A stretch of DNA of 63,999 bases, counting the filler, from Kipferlia bialata (lineage: Eukaryota): assembly GCA_003568945.1 (NCBI GenBank). It is 6 parts of 6 records of this genome, joined end to end, with 100 filler letters (N's around TTAATTAATTAA, not from the genome) between each part and the next. Parts side by side here need not be neighbours in the genome. Positions count along the whole stretch, not along the records: positions 1 to 8,916 come from BDIP01000710.1; positions 9,017 to 20,246 come from BDIP01000711.1; positions 20,347 to 35,714 come from BDIP01000712.1; 3 more parts are not named here. One strand, given 5' to 3'. Below the pieces are notes generated by a model. That model saw only the letters and a program-made list of their open reading frames with translations. It did not search any database and was not told the origin of the DNA. The position numbers and the translations under genes are program-made. Shown here in pieces: positions 1 to 24,243 of the stretch; within the stretch, counting starts at the first letter, position 1; every line of letters starts with the position of its first letter.

Positions 1-80
1 TCCTTTTTTTTGCCCCTTGCCCCCCCCCCCCCCCCCCCATCCCAATGTCCTCTCTATTTGTATGTGCACCTTACTCTTAG

Positions 81-2189
81 GTGTCTGGAGCACTACCCCC
101 TGGCCTATATGGACGCACTCCATACAGACGTGGAAGCCATGGAAGTGTATCTGCAGGTGTGTATCCATGTGTGTGTGTTACTGTACTTGCTGAAGATGTC
201 TGATTGCTCAGGCATAATGAGAGTTCTATTTGTATGTATATACATATGTGTATCTATGATGCTGTGCTTATTGTCAGAGTGTGATTACTATATGTTTATA
301 TATGTGTCGTTATTGATGTCTCACTGTCAGGGTGTGAAGCTGTCTGAGTCTGCCGGCATCCTGGCCACCTTCATCGCCAGATGGTTCCTGGACCCCTTCA
401 GACACAAGATCAGAAGGGACATATGCGACAACGCAGTGTGCGGGGTATTGCACTGCACACCAGCAGACATTAGGTATCAGTATATATGATACTGATATAT
501 AAGCACAATAGTTAATGTGATAATACTGTTGAGATACTGACACTGATACTAGGAGGGCAGAGATACTCTCCGAAACTGGCAAGGCCCTAACTGCACCATG
601 GGAGGGAGTAGTGAGAGAGGAGAGAGTGGAGAGAGAGAGCCATGTGTCTGAGTCCCCCGAGGAGGTGTCTGCCTCTCAGAAGTCTGTATCCGAAGAGTCT
701 GAGGACTCCTCCTCTGAGGCTGTGGTGGATGAGGGTAGTACTAGTGAGGATGAGGCCCCCTCCACTGTTGGTCTGCCCCACAAGCACTCCATGGGGCAGT
801 CGAGGAAGGTGGGGTCTCTCTCTCTCGCTCTCTGTCTCTCTCTCTTTCTCTCTGTATATAGTGTACTGTTCTCAATGTATGATACTGAACCCAGGCTATT
901 GAGGCTGCTGTCTCCCAGTTCAAGAAGTATTTCAACAACGGTCCTGTAAACAACATCAAGTATGCAAAGAGACGGGCCTTCATCTCTGAGTGGTTCATCG
1001 ACCCAAGGTATCTATCCATGTGTATGTTGCATATGTGTCAGGAAGCTGGCCAGTATCTATCCATGTAATATTCCCATCAATGCAGTGTGTAGTTTTGCAT
1101 ATACATGATGGCCCAGCGTGTAGGGCAGGGTTCGAATCAGGTGATAAGACCAGTGCTCTTCCAATACTCTTATTGTTCTAATGTCAGGACCTGCCAGTAC
1201 ATCTGGCCCCGGAGTGAGATATACGCCCTCTTTGATCTGGAGACTGCCAGTGGGAGTACGATGCTTTCGGACCTCCTGCGCAAGTACAGGGCATCTCAGG
1301 AGAACGAGGTTAGTTGGTACATCATATATAGTAGAGGATAGCTACTCTCCTGTTCTCATGCCCAGGCCTCTGGCGATAGCTATGACAGTGGCAGGAAGGA
1401 ACACAAGGAGAGCAGGGATGAGGCAGACAGTCTGGACATTGTGATTGACCCCCTCCCTTCTGATAGGAGAGAGGCAGCGAGAGAGGGGTACCGCGCCATG
1501 CTGGCCCACCTCGCCAAGCTGCCCCCACGTGGCACCCGAGCCGCCAACGTCAAGAAGGCCTTCATCACTGCCCACCTGATCGACCACTCTGACGGGAAGC
1601 TCTACGGACACGTCCTACCCATCATGAAGCTGCTCAAGTGCGGGAAGCTCACTGTGCACAACGCACAGGACCAACTGGAGATCAACAGTGCCGGGACATA
1701 CGATAGCGGGAGTGCGGGTACTGCTGCTGGGGGTGCTGGGGGTGGTACACTTGAGGCACTGGCTGAGCAGAAGAGGGCTGTTTTGGAGTCCTACACTGGA
1801 GATGTGGAGAGGCTCGTTGCGGCACACGAGAAGCTGGAGGCCAAGGTGGCCACGCTGGGGTCAGACGGTGCCAAGGGGGTGCAGGCAACGGCCCTGAAGA
1901 GGCTGTTCATCCGCAAGTGGCTGTACGACCCAAGGGTACGCTGTGGACACATATACATATATACCTTTGTATCTTTGCACTGTCTCCATTCTGATTCATA
2001 TTGTTATGTGTTATTGGTTTGTTTTTCTTATGCTCATTCCAGGAAGATGGCGTTGTGTTCCCTAATGCCAAGATATGCTTGCTGCTACACTGCTCTGAGA
2101 AGACTGTGCAGAAGGCCCTAGCGATATGCAGGGACAAGGAGCTCTATCTCAAGGACAAGGCTACCAGCAAGGGCAGGCACGGTCGCTGA
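81..2189 (+). CDS. Hypothetical protein with 4 copies of an HTH-like repeat (5'-partial, 7 exons)
   Basis: Exons 81-156, 331-473, 553-808, 895-1007, 1188-1308, 1366-1935, 2043-2189 join in frame through GT-AG introns. Repeats: ATFIARWFLDP, RAFISEWFIDP, KAFITAHLIDH, RLFIRKWLYDP. Confidence 0.8.
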
Positions 2190-2363
2190 GAGTGCATTGT
2201 ACCACACAGTAAATATACCTTCCCTCACTATACTCCCTTTGAAACACCGTAGACTACTCATCTATTACTGTCCACACTTGGACACAGTGGAAGGCAACGC
2301 CTCCTGTACAAAAGAACACAAAACTAAACAGCACTACCAATGGCACAACTAGGACAACACACC

Positions 2364-5300
2364 TCACTTCATATACCTGCTGGTGCTCTTCCTGGAGGCA
2401 CCCTTTCCGGCACCCTTCCTCGAACCATCCCGAGGCTGCACGGAGTCCACCACCTTGCCAGGGCACTTCAACAGGCGAATGACAGCAGCCTTAGGCAGAA
2501 GGAGCACCCCGTCCGACTCCAGGAGGTGCTCCTTGATGAAGGCCACCTGGGCGGCCTCCTTCTCCTCATTGCCATCAAACATGAGCTCCATCTTGGCTAG
2601 GAAGCCGGGCAGTGCGGCCCGAAAAGCATCGCGGCGGGGGCCCTTGGGATAACGAGCCAGATCAGCCTCATTCCCCTCGGGCTTGGGGCCCTTGCGGGCC
2701 TTGCGGGTCTCAGCCCTAGGAGTACGCTTGGCGGCAGGGACCTTGGGCTCCGGCTTCGGCTCTGGATCCATAGTACGAGCCTGGACCCCCTTATACACCT
2801 CTAGGTCTAGTGCAGCCAGACGAGCCACAGAGAGAGCGTCAGCGTCCAAGCCGCAGAGAGCGCAGATGGTCTCGGTAGGCAGTTTCCACGAGTCATCTTC
2901 TTGCGTGTAGAACAAGGCACCTATCATGATCTGTGCTAACGCTGCCCACTGGTCGTCCGTCTTGCACTCCTCCTGCATCAAGTCGAGCTCGCAGAGAGAA
3001 CTGATGACGCTGTCGGCGTCATCGTAGTCTCCCAGAAGCGAACGCCTCCTATTGGTGGTCTCAATGCGGGACTGGAGGGTAAGGGGACAACAACAGACCG
3101 ATAGAGTGTATACACGACATGGAGATAGCGAAAGAGTCAACAGACAGTGAACAATAGCATAATATACCTGAGCAAGATCAACAGCCTCCTTAACCAGCCG
3201 GTTGCCGCACTTGACCACCTCAGTAATTCCATTACGTGTCAGCAGGGTCTCACCCTCCCCATCGATCAGCCACTTGCAAATGAACTCCTTCTTCAGCTGG
3301 GTCTTCTGCCTGGGGGCGCTCTTGATAGCCTTGAACAGCGCATCTAGAGCCTCAGTGATAGAGGCAGCAAGGTCAGAGGGCAGGTCTTTGAGCGACTTAG
3401 CCTTTGGGACATGTCCCTTCGGCTTGGGTCTCCTCCTCTCCTTCTGGGGCTCGGAGGCCTCCTCCTCTACCGGGATCTCGGTGGGCTCCTCGTCTCTCTC
3501 TCTCTCCCCCTCGGACACGGTATGACTACCACTATGACGGACATGGTACTGGCTCCCGGACTCAGACTCCTCTGCGTAGTCACCATCTCCCTCCCCCTCT
3601 TCCTCGAACTCAGAGGCAGAGTGCTCTGGGGACGTGTGAGTGTGGTCCCTATCCTCGGATATGGCAACGTCACCCTCAGTATGGGCCACGGATGCCTCGT
3701 GGGTCTCCTCCTCCTCCTCCTCACTGCCAGCCTCACCCTCCTCGGCCTGCAGCGCCTCCTTGGCCTCTGCCTCCAATAGCAGAACGAGGTCCTCGACAGT
3801 GCCGCTGTCCTCGCCGTGCATCACTCCAATGATGTTGGAGAGCGGCATGGCACGCTCTCCAGTGTGCTGGTAGAAGCACCACTCTCTGATGAACTCGCGG
3901 GTCTCTCTCTCTCTCTCATTCTCGTCATCGGGGTCTGGCCGCAGCGTCAGAGCCGTGTACGCCGCCTCCATGTCCTCGCCCTCGTGCATGGTGCCGGGGG
4001 GCCCGCGGGTGACGTCAGGCTCGGCGTCACTCCCCGAGTAGTCCTCAGGGACATCAGACTCCTCGTCTCCCTGGTCGCTGGGAGGGCGGTGCTTGGCGGC
4101 CTCGCGTGCGCTCTCCACGACACGCTTGACGGTACTGGTACTGCAAGAGAACACCTTCGTCACATCATCCCTTGTCAGGGGAGGAGCGAGCTCTCCAGTC
4201 CTACGGTCCAGACACCAGTCAATGATGAGCTGCCTCTTGGCTTCCCTGGCCTCGGGCACCCTGGGTTTGGGGTACTCTGCCTTGAATGACTCGTACGCTG
4301 CAGCCATGTCCTCGCCCTCGTGCAGAGTCCCAGGGGGGGCACGGAGGGTGTCATCGTCCTCACCCTCAACGTCACCTCCCTCGCCCATCTCAACATCGCC
4401 CTCACTACCCTCTGCCTCTGCCTCTGCCTCTGATCCCTCAGCAGACGGAGACGGCGGGCGGGACTCACCACCTGGAGCTGCCGCCCGAGCCTCCTCCACC
4501 GCTCTCTCCACTGTACGGAAGGGACAGTGGAAGGCGTCGCTGACCTCCCTCTCACTCATCCGCAGTTCCCCTCTCTCGTCGATACAGCACTGCCTAATGA
4601 GGTCCCGCTTGGCCTGTGAGTATCCAGAAACACGGTTGTTGGGGTACTGCTGCTCGAACTTTTGATAAGCGGCATGGATATCTCCGTGGGGCTCCTCCCC
4701 CTCCTCTTCCTCAACGGTAAGAAGGGCTTGCTCAGCCAGAGCCTTAGCCTCTGCTTCTGCATCACGTACTACCTTCGGCCCACAGTGGAAGGTGGCTTTA
4801 GCCTGAGAAAGAGTCATTGCCAGCTCTCCCGTGGTCTTGTCACATGCCCAGTCTATGATGAGCTTGCGCTTGGCCTCAGTAGCAACGGGCACCGTGTTGG
4901 TACGGTACTCGGCATAGTATGCGTCGTAAGCAGCGGTTATGCTCTCTCCCTCGTGAAGAGTACCTGCAGGGGCAGTGGTCACCACCCTCTTGCTAGAGCC
5001 ACCCTTGCCAGCTGGGCCAGGGGGGAGTGGGAAGATGGAGCCGTGGGCCTTGAACTCGCGAGTTGCGCTCCTCTCAACCCCTCTCACCATCTCCACAGTG
5101 CAGTCGAACACCCTTGCGGCGTCCTCCGCCTCCATGGCCAGGAGCCCTGTCTTGAGGTGGATGCACCACTCCCCCACCAGTCGCTGCTTGGCATCGGCGT
5201 AGCCGGGCAGGTCAGCAGGGCAATCCCCCAAAAACTCCTGGTAGGCAGCGGCCATGTCCTTGCCCTCGTGCTCAGTGCCTGGGGGGCCAACAGTGGGAGG

Positions 5301-8300
5301 AGCACTCTCTGACTCGGCAGTGGGGTGCGTCTCAACACCACGGGCGGGAAGTGACCGCTTGCGCATAGCACCCGCACAGGCCTTACTCACCCGCTTCAAC
5401 GCCTCTCCTCCACACCGCATGGTCTTGCGGATGCGGGAGCTGCTGCAGGCAAGGCCTCCATCCTCTAGGAAGAACCACTCTCTCATAAAGGCCTCCTTGG
5501 CAGCCCTGGGGACATTAGGCATCTTCACACCGTGCTCGGCCTTGAGGGCAGCGAGGGCCGCTGTCAGGTTCTGGCCCTCACGGTACGTGCCCTCAAACCC
5601 TACCTCGTCCCCATCACCAATCACAAACGAGTCAGCAGGGAAGGCGTCACCAGCCTCTGCCTCCTCATCAGCAGCGGCAGTCTCCTGCTCGCCCTCCTCC
5701 TTAACTGTCGGCTTCGCTGTCCCACGAGCAAGGTTGGCTGGCCGCGCTGCCTTGCGGGCCTTACTGATGGCGCTTGTCACGAGCTTCTGGTTGGCGTTGA
5801 TGAGGGAGCCGATGTCAGAGATGGGAAGCAGGGGCTCTCCAGTGTCGTCGTCGATGCACCACTCCAGAATGAAGGCCTTCTTCCTCTTGCCAGCCATTCC
5901 TACAGCAAGGTCGCTGACATCGGCTATAAGAGTGTCGGCAGCGGAGAGCAGGTCCGCCTTGCTCCCGTCACCCTTGTACTTAGCAACGTGGGGGCACTTG
6001 GCATGCCCAGACACATCGGGGGACTCGACTGCCGCGGACCCCTCACCAGTAACGTGCACCAGTCGCTTTCTCACCCGTTTCTTCAAGTCTGAGCCCGACG
6101 CAGAGAGACCAAGGGTCCTCCTGAGGGAGTTGGAGCACAACCCCTGGATCTTGAACTCCCAGCTCTTGGGGTCGAAGAGGTGCTCGATGAAGAAGTCGAG
6201 CTTGGCGTTGGCAATGCCCTTGGAGTCGAGGTTGTCGAAGGAGGTCTCCATCTCATCCTTGGCCCTCCTCAGCCTCAGCTGGACGTCCATGGGGAGGTTG
6301 TTGATGCACCTCTTCTGGCAGCAGCTCTCTGGGAATGGGTCGGCTGGGGTTGGGCTGTAAGGGGGCACCCGCCTGAGAGACGTCCGTCCTGAGCGTCTGA
6401 CCCTGGGCCTCCCCTCGGCAAAGGACTCTGGGTCGATAACCTCCCCCTTGTTGACGACGGAGACGGGGCAGTCAAGCAGGTGGCAGATAGCCTTCTTGCA
6501 GAGATCCTCACGAATGAAGCCAGTGGCACTGTCGACAAAGGTGGCCGTGACAAACTCCTTCTTGGTATTGTCGGCATATCGTGTCTTCTGATGGTCAGTT
6601 GGGGAATTGATGTAATACATAGCTTCAACACCTATACTAAGAGTACCTTTGCCTTGGCCTGCATTGCCTGGATGGCAGCCATGAGAGGCGCCCTCTTCTC
6701 CTGTGGATACACAGACAGACAGTGCCTGGGACAGCACTCAAAGTCAGCAGGGAACACGGCTCCCTCCTCTGCCTCTGCCTCTGCCTCTGCCTCTGCCTCT
6801 GCCTCCATTGGCACATCTCCACTCTCGTCCTTGACAAGGAGCTCTGTGACCTCACTCGACTCCTCGTCCTGGGGCTGGGTGACCTGGTCCACAGAGATAG
6901 GAATCTCACCGGGCACAGGGACAGGGGACTTGGGGAACATCTCCTCGAGAGAGGGAGACTCTCTGCCGGGCTCCTCCATATCCATGTCGACGTCATCGGC
7001 ACCCTCTGGCTTAGGGGGCACTTCCTCCACTGCAAGAGGTAGAGAGGCTGGCACAAGAGAGGAAGGGCCGACCCCACCCTCGGTTGCCTCCTCGGACTCC
7101 TCCTCGGACTCTGAGTCATCAATCACCTTGCTGCGGCTCTTGGCCTTAGCGGGGGTAGGCAGTACAGATGTCTCTGGCTGAGGAGTGGGCATGAGAGGAG
7201 ATGTGACGACAGCAGCGGACACACCGCTCTCGAGGGGCAGGGGGCTGGCGATGGTGCGGACAGTACCAACAAGGCTGTCAGCGGCGATGGGGGCTGGGCT
7301 GGCAGTGACACCAAGGGGTGCACTCTCCACAACAGCAGTCTCACCGGCTGGAAGGGTTGCACCCACGGCAGGGATAGTGGGGGCTTCTGGGGTGACCGCG
7401 GCATGAATGACATCAGCCTCAGTGGCACCGGATGCATCTGCAAGGGTGGCGTCGCTGAGCACGGTGGCATGTGCCTCCATGTACTGATTAGAGCTAGGAC
7501 CCACGATGCCACGGTTGATCTGATTGGCAATGCGTGGGGGCTGCTCCTCAGCTGAAGGAGAGGTGGTGGGGAGGTACGGCTGCGAGGGTGCCGCTGTAGT
7601 CTCGGACTCCAGCAGCGCAGTCTCCCCAACCATGGAGACATCTCCAGCTGCCTCGGCGTCGAGTTCAGAGTCCAGATACTCTGAGGGGGCGTCATCGATG
7701 ATGTCACTCTCGATCCTGGGGAGGTCCTCGACTCTGAGACCCGTGATGCGGCAGAGTGCTGTGTCGCACATGTCCATGAGAGCATGGGGCGTGACACAGG
7801 CGCCGGTGCACCACTGGATGGCGAACGCCTGCAGCAGAGAGACCCTCATCTGCGGGGCCTTGGCCACCCTCTTGGCAGACTTCTTACAGGCAGCCAGGGC
7901 ACTCAGCATAGGCGTCAGTGCGCGGTACTCCTCAGAGGTGCTGTGGGCGGTGTTGGCCTCAGAGAGCGGCATGCCGTGGGTGGACCGCCAGAAGACAAGC
8001 TTGTTGCGCTTGTAGGTCCCCATGCAATCCCTCTCGCAGCACGTAGGCCTCGGCACAGCAGGCACCGCAGGGCTGCACACGCTGATGTTGAGAGACATCG
8101 TGTCCACATCCATACCGGAGACATCCTCCACCTTGACCTCGGTCTCTCTCTCCCTCCCAGCCTTGACATCTATCTGAGAGGACACGGCGAGAGGGGGCAC
8201 GCCGGCTGCAGCCCCGAGACTGTGGTTGGCAGTATCCACAGGAGACATACCCGACTGGGGGCCAAAGTTCACGAGGGGGAAGGGTGTGACGCCCAGTGGC

Positions 8301-8916
8301 ACAGGGGCCAGGATGCTCTGGGTCAGGCGAAGCTGGGCGGCGTCCTGCTCCTTACGTTCCTCGTCCTTGCGGATCTCAGCTGCAGCAGCCTCGGCCGCAA
8401 GCCTCTCTTGCTCTCTGACCTCGGCGGCAACGGCCTTCTCCCTAGCAAGGGCCTCCTCCTCACGCTTAGCAAGGGCCTCAGCCTCCAGCCGAACACGCTC
8501 GGCCTCGGCCTCTTCCCTAGCAAGAGCCTCGGCCTCAAGCCTAAGACGCTCTGCCTCGGCCTCTGCTCTAACACGCTCAGCCTCAGCCTCTGCCTCCTCT
8601 GCCTCACGAGCCGCAGCCTCAAGTGCCGCCCTCTCTCTCTCTTCCTCCTCCTGCAATGCCTCAGCAGCCTCAGCAGCCATGGCAGAGAGCTCGTCGTTGG
8701 CCGCCTTCTCGCACTCGTTCTTAGCTATCCTAGGACTCGACCCACAGAGGGCAGCGATGTGCCTCGTTGGAAGGCGACAGTGCTCAGGTAGGCCGTAGCA
8801 GTAGAACCACTTGCGAATGAACGGGCGCTTCACCCTGCCAATCATGGCACTAGACATCCCCTCCTTACACCTGCTAAGCATGAGGTCAAGGTCGACAAGG
8901 AGGGCGGCCTTGGTGG
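2364..8916 (-). CDS. Large (>2100 aa) acidic protein with about 14 HTH-like repeats (5'-partial)
   Basis: ORFs 6632-8881 and 2364-6737 join in phase 0 through intron 6588-6646. A second in-frame 96-nt intron lies at 3072-3167. Recurrent motif K-x-x-F/L-I-x-x-W-x-x-D-x(2-3)-G...C...V. Confidence 0.85.
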
Positions 8917-9016
8917 NNNNNNNNNNNNNNNNNNNNNNNNNNNNNNNNNNNNNNNNNNNNTTAATTAATTAANNNNNNNNNNNNNNNNNNNNNNNNNNNN
9001 NNNNNNNNNNNNNNNN
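8917..9016. other. Artificial contig linker
   Basis: N44-TTAATTAATTAA-N44, which puts stops in all six frames. Confidence 0.97.
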
Positions 9017-9237
9017 TCGATATCCACAATGATATCAGTGAATGATATCATTGTGATGATATCCGATATCCTGTGAACTATACTCGAACTCTTTCACGTC
9101 CACTGGTTCAACGACTGAAATTCCAACATTTACTGTAAATACACCAGAATACACAAAACTATAACGGAAACACCAAGACTAAAGGCTCCCGATGTCTCAA
9201 ATCCTAAGAAAGACATAAGCAGGCAGCACTACAGACC

Positions 9238-20116
<10,879 letters not shown>

Positions 20117-20246
20117 CTGGGGGTAAGAGAGTGTATGTACATATATAGTAGTGAGGGAGAGATATACATATACAGTGAAAAGGTATGAGGGGGGGGGGGG
20201 GGCAAGGAATATCAAAGGGCATAATATGGCCCCAAATACTAAGTGA

Positions 20247-20346
20247 NNNNNNNNNNNNNNNNNNNNNNNNNNNNNNNNNNNNNNNNNNNNTTAATTAATT
20301 AANNNNNNNNNNNNNNNNNNNNNNNNNNNNNNNNNNNNNNNNNNNN
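20247..20346. other. Artificial contig linker
   Basis: N44-TTAATTAATTAA-N44. Confidence 0.97.
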
Positions 20347-20401
<55 letters not shown>

Positions 20402-20554
20402 CCTAGTTATATATATGTATATGTATATACATATCCCACCCCCAAGGTCCATCCACGGCACCCACATCTGTGGATACAATAGATCCTCTCTCCCTCTCTC
20501 TTTCTCTCTCTCTCTGTCTATTGTGTATTTTGTATACTCTATGCCTTACCTTAG

Positions 20555-22432
20555 GTCCATCCACGGCACCCACATCTGTGGCGACAGTGTGGACATTGTG
20601 GGGGACACAGTACTGGCAGGTATATTATATATATGTATATATATATATATAGTATATTATATGTATAGATAGTATATTATATGTATAGAAGACTCTATGT
20701 TGTACATATTGTTCCACATTTACTATCTCCATCTATACCTCTATATTCTCCATATCTCACCCCAGGCTCCTGGAGGCCCGAGAAGCAGCTCCAGACCTAT
20801 GACTTCCACACGACAGAGATGCTCAAGGAGATTGAGTGGGCACCATCTGATGATGGAAGGTAAGACTTTCTGTATCTGTTAATATATATATATGTATATA
20901 TATGTATATATATGTATATATGTATCATGGATATACCATCATAGAGATGCTCAAGGAGATTGAGTGGGCACCTTCAGACGATGGAAGGTAACGCTATGTA
21001 TATATAGATAGATAGATATGTAGATAGATTATGTATATAGCACATATACCTTCATAGGGGTGCTCAAGGAGATTGAGTGGGCACCCTCAGACGATGGCAG
21101 GTAAGGCTGTCTTTCTATATATATATATATATATGTAGATAAATTAAGTGTACACTCTTAGAGATGCAGAGGGCGATTGAGTGCGTCCCACCCCAAATAG
21201 CATCTTTGTTGTTGGACTCTCTCTCTACACCCTTATTCTCACCCCAGGAGAGAGGCCACCCTTGTGTATGCTGCTAGGTTCGGTGGTGACCGTAACCAGT
21301 ACATTGCAGCCGGTGGGTCATGTGGGGACGAGGCAAAGGTTAGTACTACACCCGTACAATGTTTATATATATTATATGGATACTGTATTGTATTGATATA
21401 TATTGATACATGTATATATATAGCCAATACATTGCAGCCGGTGGGTCATGTGGAGACGAGGCCAAGGTTAGTACTATGAGTACTATATCTATTATATAAT
21501 GTTAGAATACTATGTTGATATACGCATGCATACATGTATAACCAGTACATTGCAGCCGGTGTGTCATGTGGAGATGAGGCAAAGGTTAGTACTATAAGTA
21601 TATCATGCCTGATCTGATACTATTATATTTATATGTATATATAACCAGAGGAGTCCAAGGTGGGTGAAGAGTGCTGTTGTATACAGTCTAATTGACAGAA
21701 GTGTTATACTCACTTTAGGTCTTTGACACCACCACCGGTGCCCTCATCGGGGGTGTCAAGCTGCCTGTATATATATATATATATATATATGCTTTCTATT
21801 CACTATATATATGTATACATTCATACTAATGCCAGGTCTTTGACACCACCACCGGTGCCCTCATCGGGGGTGTCAAGCTACCCGGTGCCATATACTCCCT
21901 GGACTTCGCACCATCCGGCAGATACGTCGCCTTTGCAGGTACTTAAACGATAGTTGTCTATAGTGTTCGATCATTTATTTGATTTATGTGTAGAGTGCAT
22001 GAGGATACGTGTCGCTCTTGCATTGTTTCTCTTCCGTTATTGTATTCACATTGATTTAGTGTTATTTTACCCCCAGGTGCCAACTTTGGCATTGAGATTG
22101 CCGATCTGGCCAAGAAGATGCCATCAAAGGTGGGTATTCAATACTTATAATGATATATATATACATATACTTATGCATTCATATATGAGGGTGTATTCGT
22201 CTTTTTACGATCTGGCCAAGAAGATGCCATCAAATGTGGGTATTATTCAATTGCTACATAGTACGTATACATGCATACGCTTTTGTGAGGGTGTTCACAT
22301 GTGTCTGTGCAATCTGACCAAGGTGGGTGTTGTTACTCTTTAGTACTCATATATTTCTATTCCGTTTGTGTTCTATACTATTCTGGACATGCTGACATAC
22401 CTCACTCCCAGGCCACCAAGTCTGAGGCATAA
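20555..22432 (+). CDS. WD40-repeat protein, C-terminal part (5'-partial)
   Basis: Spliced: SIHGTHICGDSVDIVGDTVLAGSWRPEKQLQTYDF...LVYAARFGGDRNQYIAAGGSCGDEAKVFDTTTG...IYSLDFAPSGRYVAFAG...ATKSEA*. Typical WD beta-propeller blades. Confidence 0.85.
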
Positions 22433-24243
22433 GGAGTGTGAGGGAGGGGGTGTCCCAGTGTTCACATGAACAAGTAACATTATATCAATAGAAGGTTCCA
22501 ATATCATTTATGTGCTCACACTGAGTCAGTGAGTGTCTGGGAGAGATGAGCCTCATATTCACTTTAGAGTGTCATTCGATAAGAGCAAAGTGGTGGGGGG
22601 GCGGAGATGCATACGTGGGAGAGGAGGAACACACAAAGACTGGGGCATTGAGGTGAGCCGCTCACCGAAAGAGAATAAGACGACGAATAAGAAAACAACA
22701 AAAACTCGTCCTGGACCCTTGTTTCACTGGCAGTATCTGTTGCAGAATCATTCTCACTCGGCAAGATCTAGTTTCTATCACATCAGTTAATTTCACAATG
22801 GGTAAATCTTAGAGCAAGGGCGATACAGACAAGTACGTGACTCGTAAGGAGTTCACTAAGTTTACATCTGACGTGAACCGGATGCTCCAGGAGCTCGAAG
22901 CGAAGATGGTTGCTGCATTCTCACGTGATAAGAGAATCTGCAAGAGAGTGAAGGAAGAGAAATGTGATCACTGTCACTGACAGTGACACTGACCCGGCGG
23001 GCCTGTCTGTGGGTGTGCAAGGTGTTGCTGTGTCTCACCCCCATCCATTACTCTGCCATGTTGCTATTCGATTGTCAGTGTCTCTCTCCCTCTCTATATC
23101 ACTATACTCCCTCTCCCTCTCCCTTTCTATATCTCTATACTCCCTCGACTGATTGTCAGTGTCTCGCCCTCTCTAACCAATATGGATGAGTCATGGCAAC
23201 TGATACTCTCTTTCTTTCCCCACACATATTTTTACACATGAAAAGTGGGTACCCCCCACGCCATTCTCACCCCCAGGGAGGTGTATGATACACCGATTGT
23301 CTGATAACCTTGTTCAACGCCCATGTGGCACAGATGAAGACAACACAGTACCAACTCCCTCAGAGAGAGGTATGTGTATGTAATATACCGCTCCGATATC
23401 ATTGTATCTCCTCTCCCTCCCTCCCCCCTTCCCCCTCTTTCTCAGGACCACCTTACACAGAGGTATGGGTCTGCAAGGCTCCTCTCACATTTGTAATATA
23501 TATCATATATGATTATATATACCATTCATATGTGACATATATCATTCTGATGGACCTCTCTACTACTCTACTACTACACTATATATAATTATATGTTCTA
23601 TATAATCGTCTCTATAACTACAGAATCGTAAATGACCATTCACGTTCCAGACTGCCGATGGTCGAGTTGAAGAGACTCCGGGCACACTGTGTCTAATATG
23701 ATGGAACCAGATAGTACTAGTGGCGTAGCGTGGCCAACCTCTGTGCCTGGTCATTCTATACATATATATATTCCGACTCCATATATGAACCAATATGGAG
23801 TTGGACAGGGCCAGGCGAGGGAGGCCGGGATGGCCTAGTAGTACTACTGCGCTTCTCTCTCCTAGCTACTCGAGGGTGAGTGTGTCCAGGCTGGGCATAG
23901 GCCTAAGGGGGCAGGGGCCAACAATACGGGTGATGCCTGATAGGATGGAGAGGGTGAACGTGTGGGTATGGATGGCAAGAGAGAGAGAGACCGAACCCAG
24001 CCTTGGGGTTAGGGCTATATGTAGTAGACAAGTAACATGAAGGGCCGATAGATGGTCCAGGCCCCGCTGTGTACAGACAATGAGTCCAACCAGTTACAAC
24101 CTAACAATAATGTGTCTCATACTTGAATACTTCGGGATAAACGAGTCACCGAACGAAAGAAAAGTGCTGGTAATATACCTGCACATCCACAACCCTGTGT
24201 CTATTGTAAACTATTATGAATGATACTATTACAGCCGCGTAAA

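Noticed and set aside
5254..8798. Long plus-strand ORFs (5254-6360, 6480-7181, 7784-8791)
   Set aside because: Antisense shadows of the GC-rich minus-strand CDS.
8961..8972. TTAATTAATTAA recurring five times (also 20291, 35759, 46393, 61839)
   Set aside because: Always centred in identical N runs, so it is an artificial six-frame-stop linker.
20815..21600. Repeat-spacer arrangement resembling a CRISPR array
   Set aside because: The repeats are copies of local exon ends and differ at every locus; the spacers are microsatellite-rich intron DNA; there are no cas genes; the context is eukaryotic.
22533..24200. Short ORFs and an exon-like segment at about 23277-23369
   Set aside because: Could not be chained into a convincing gene; RNA-seq is needed.
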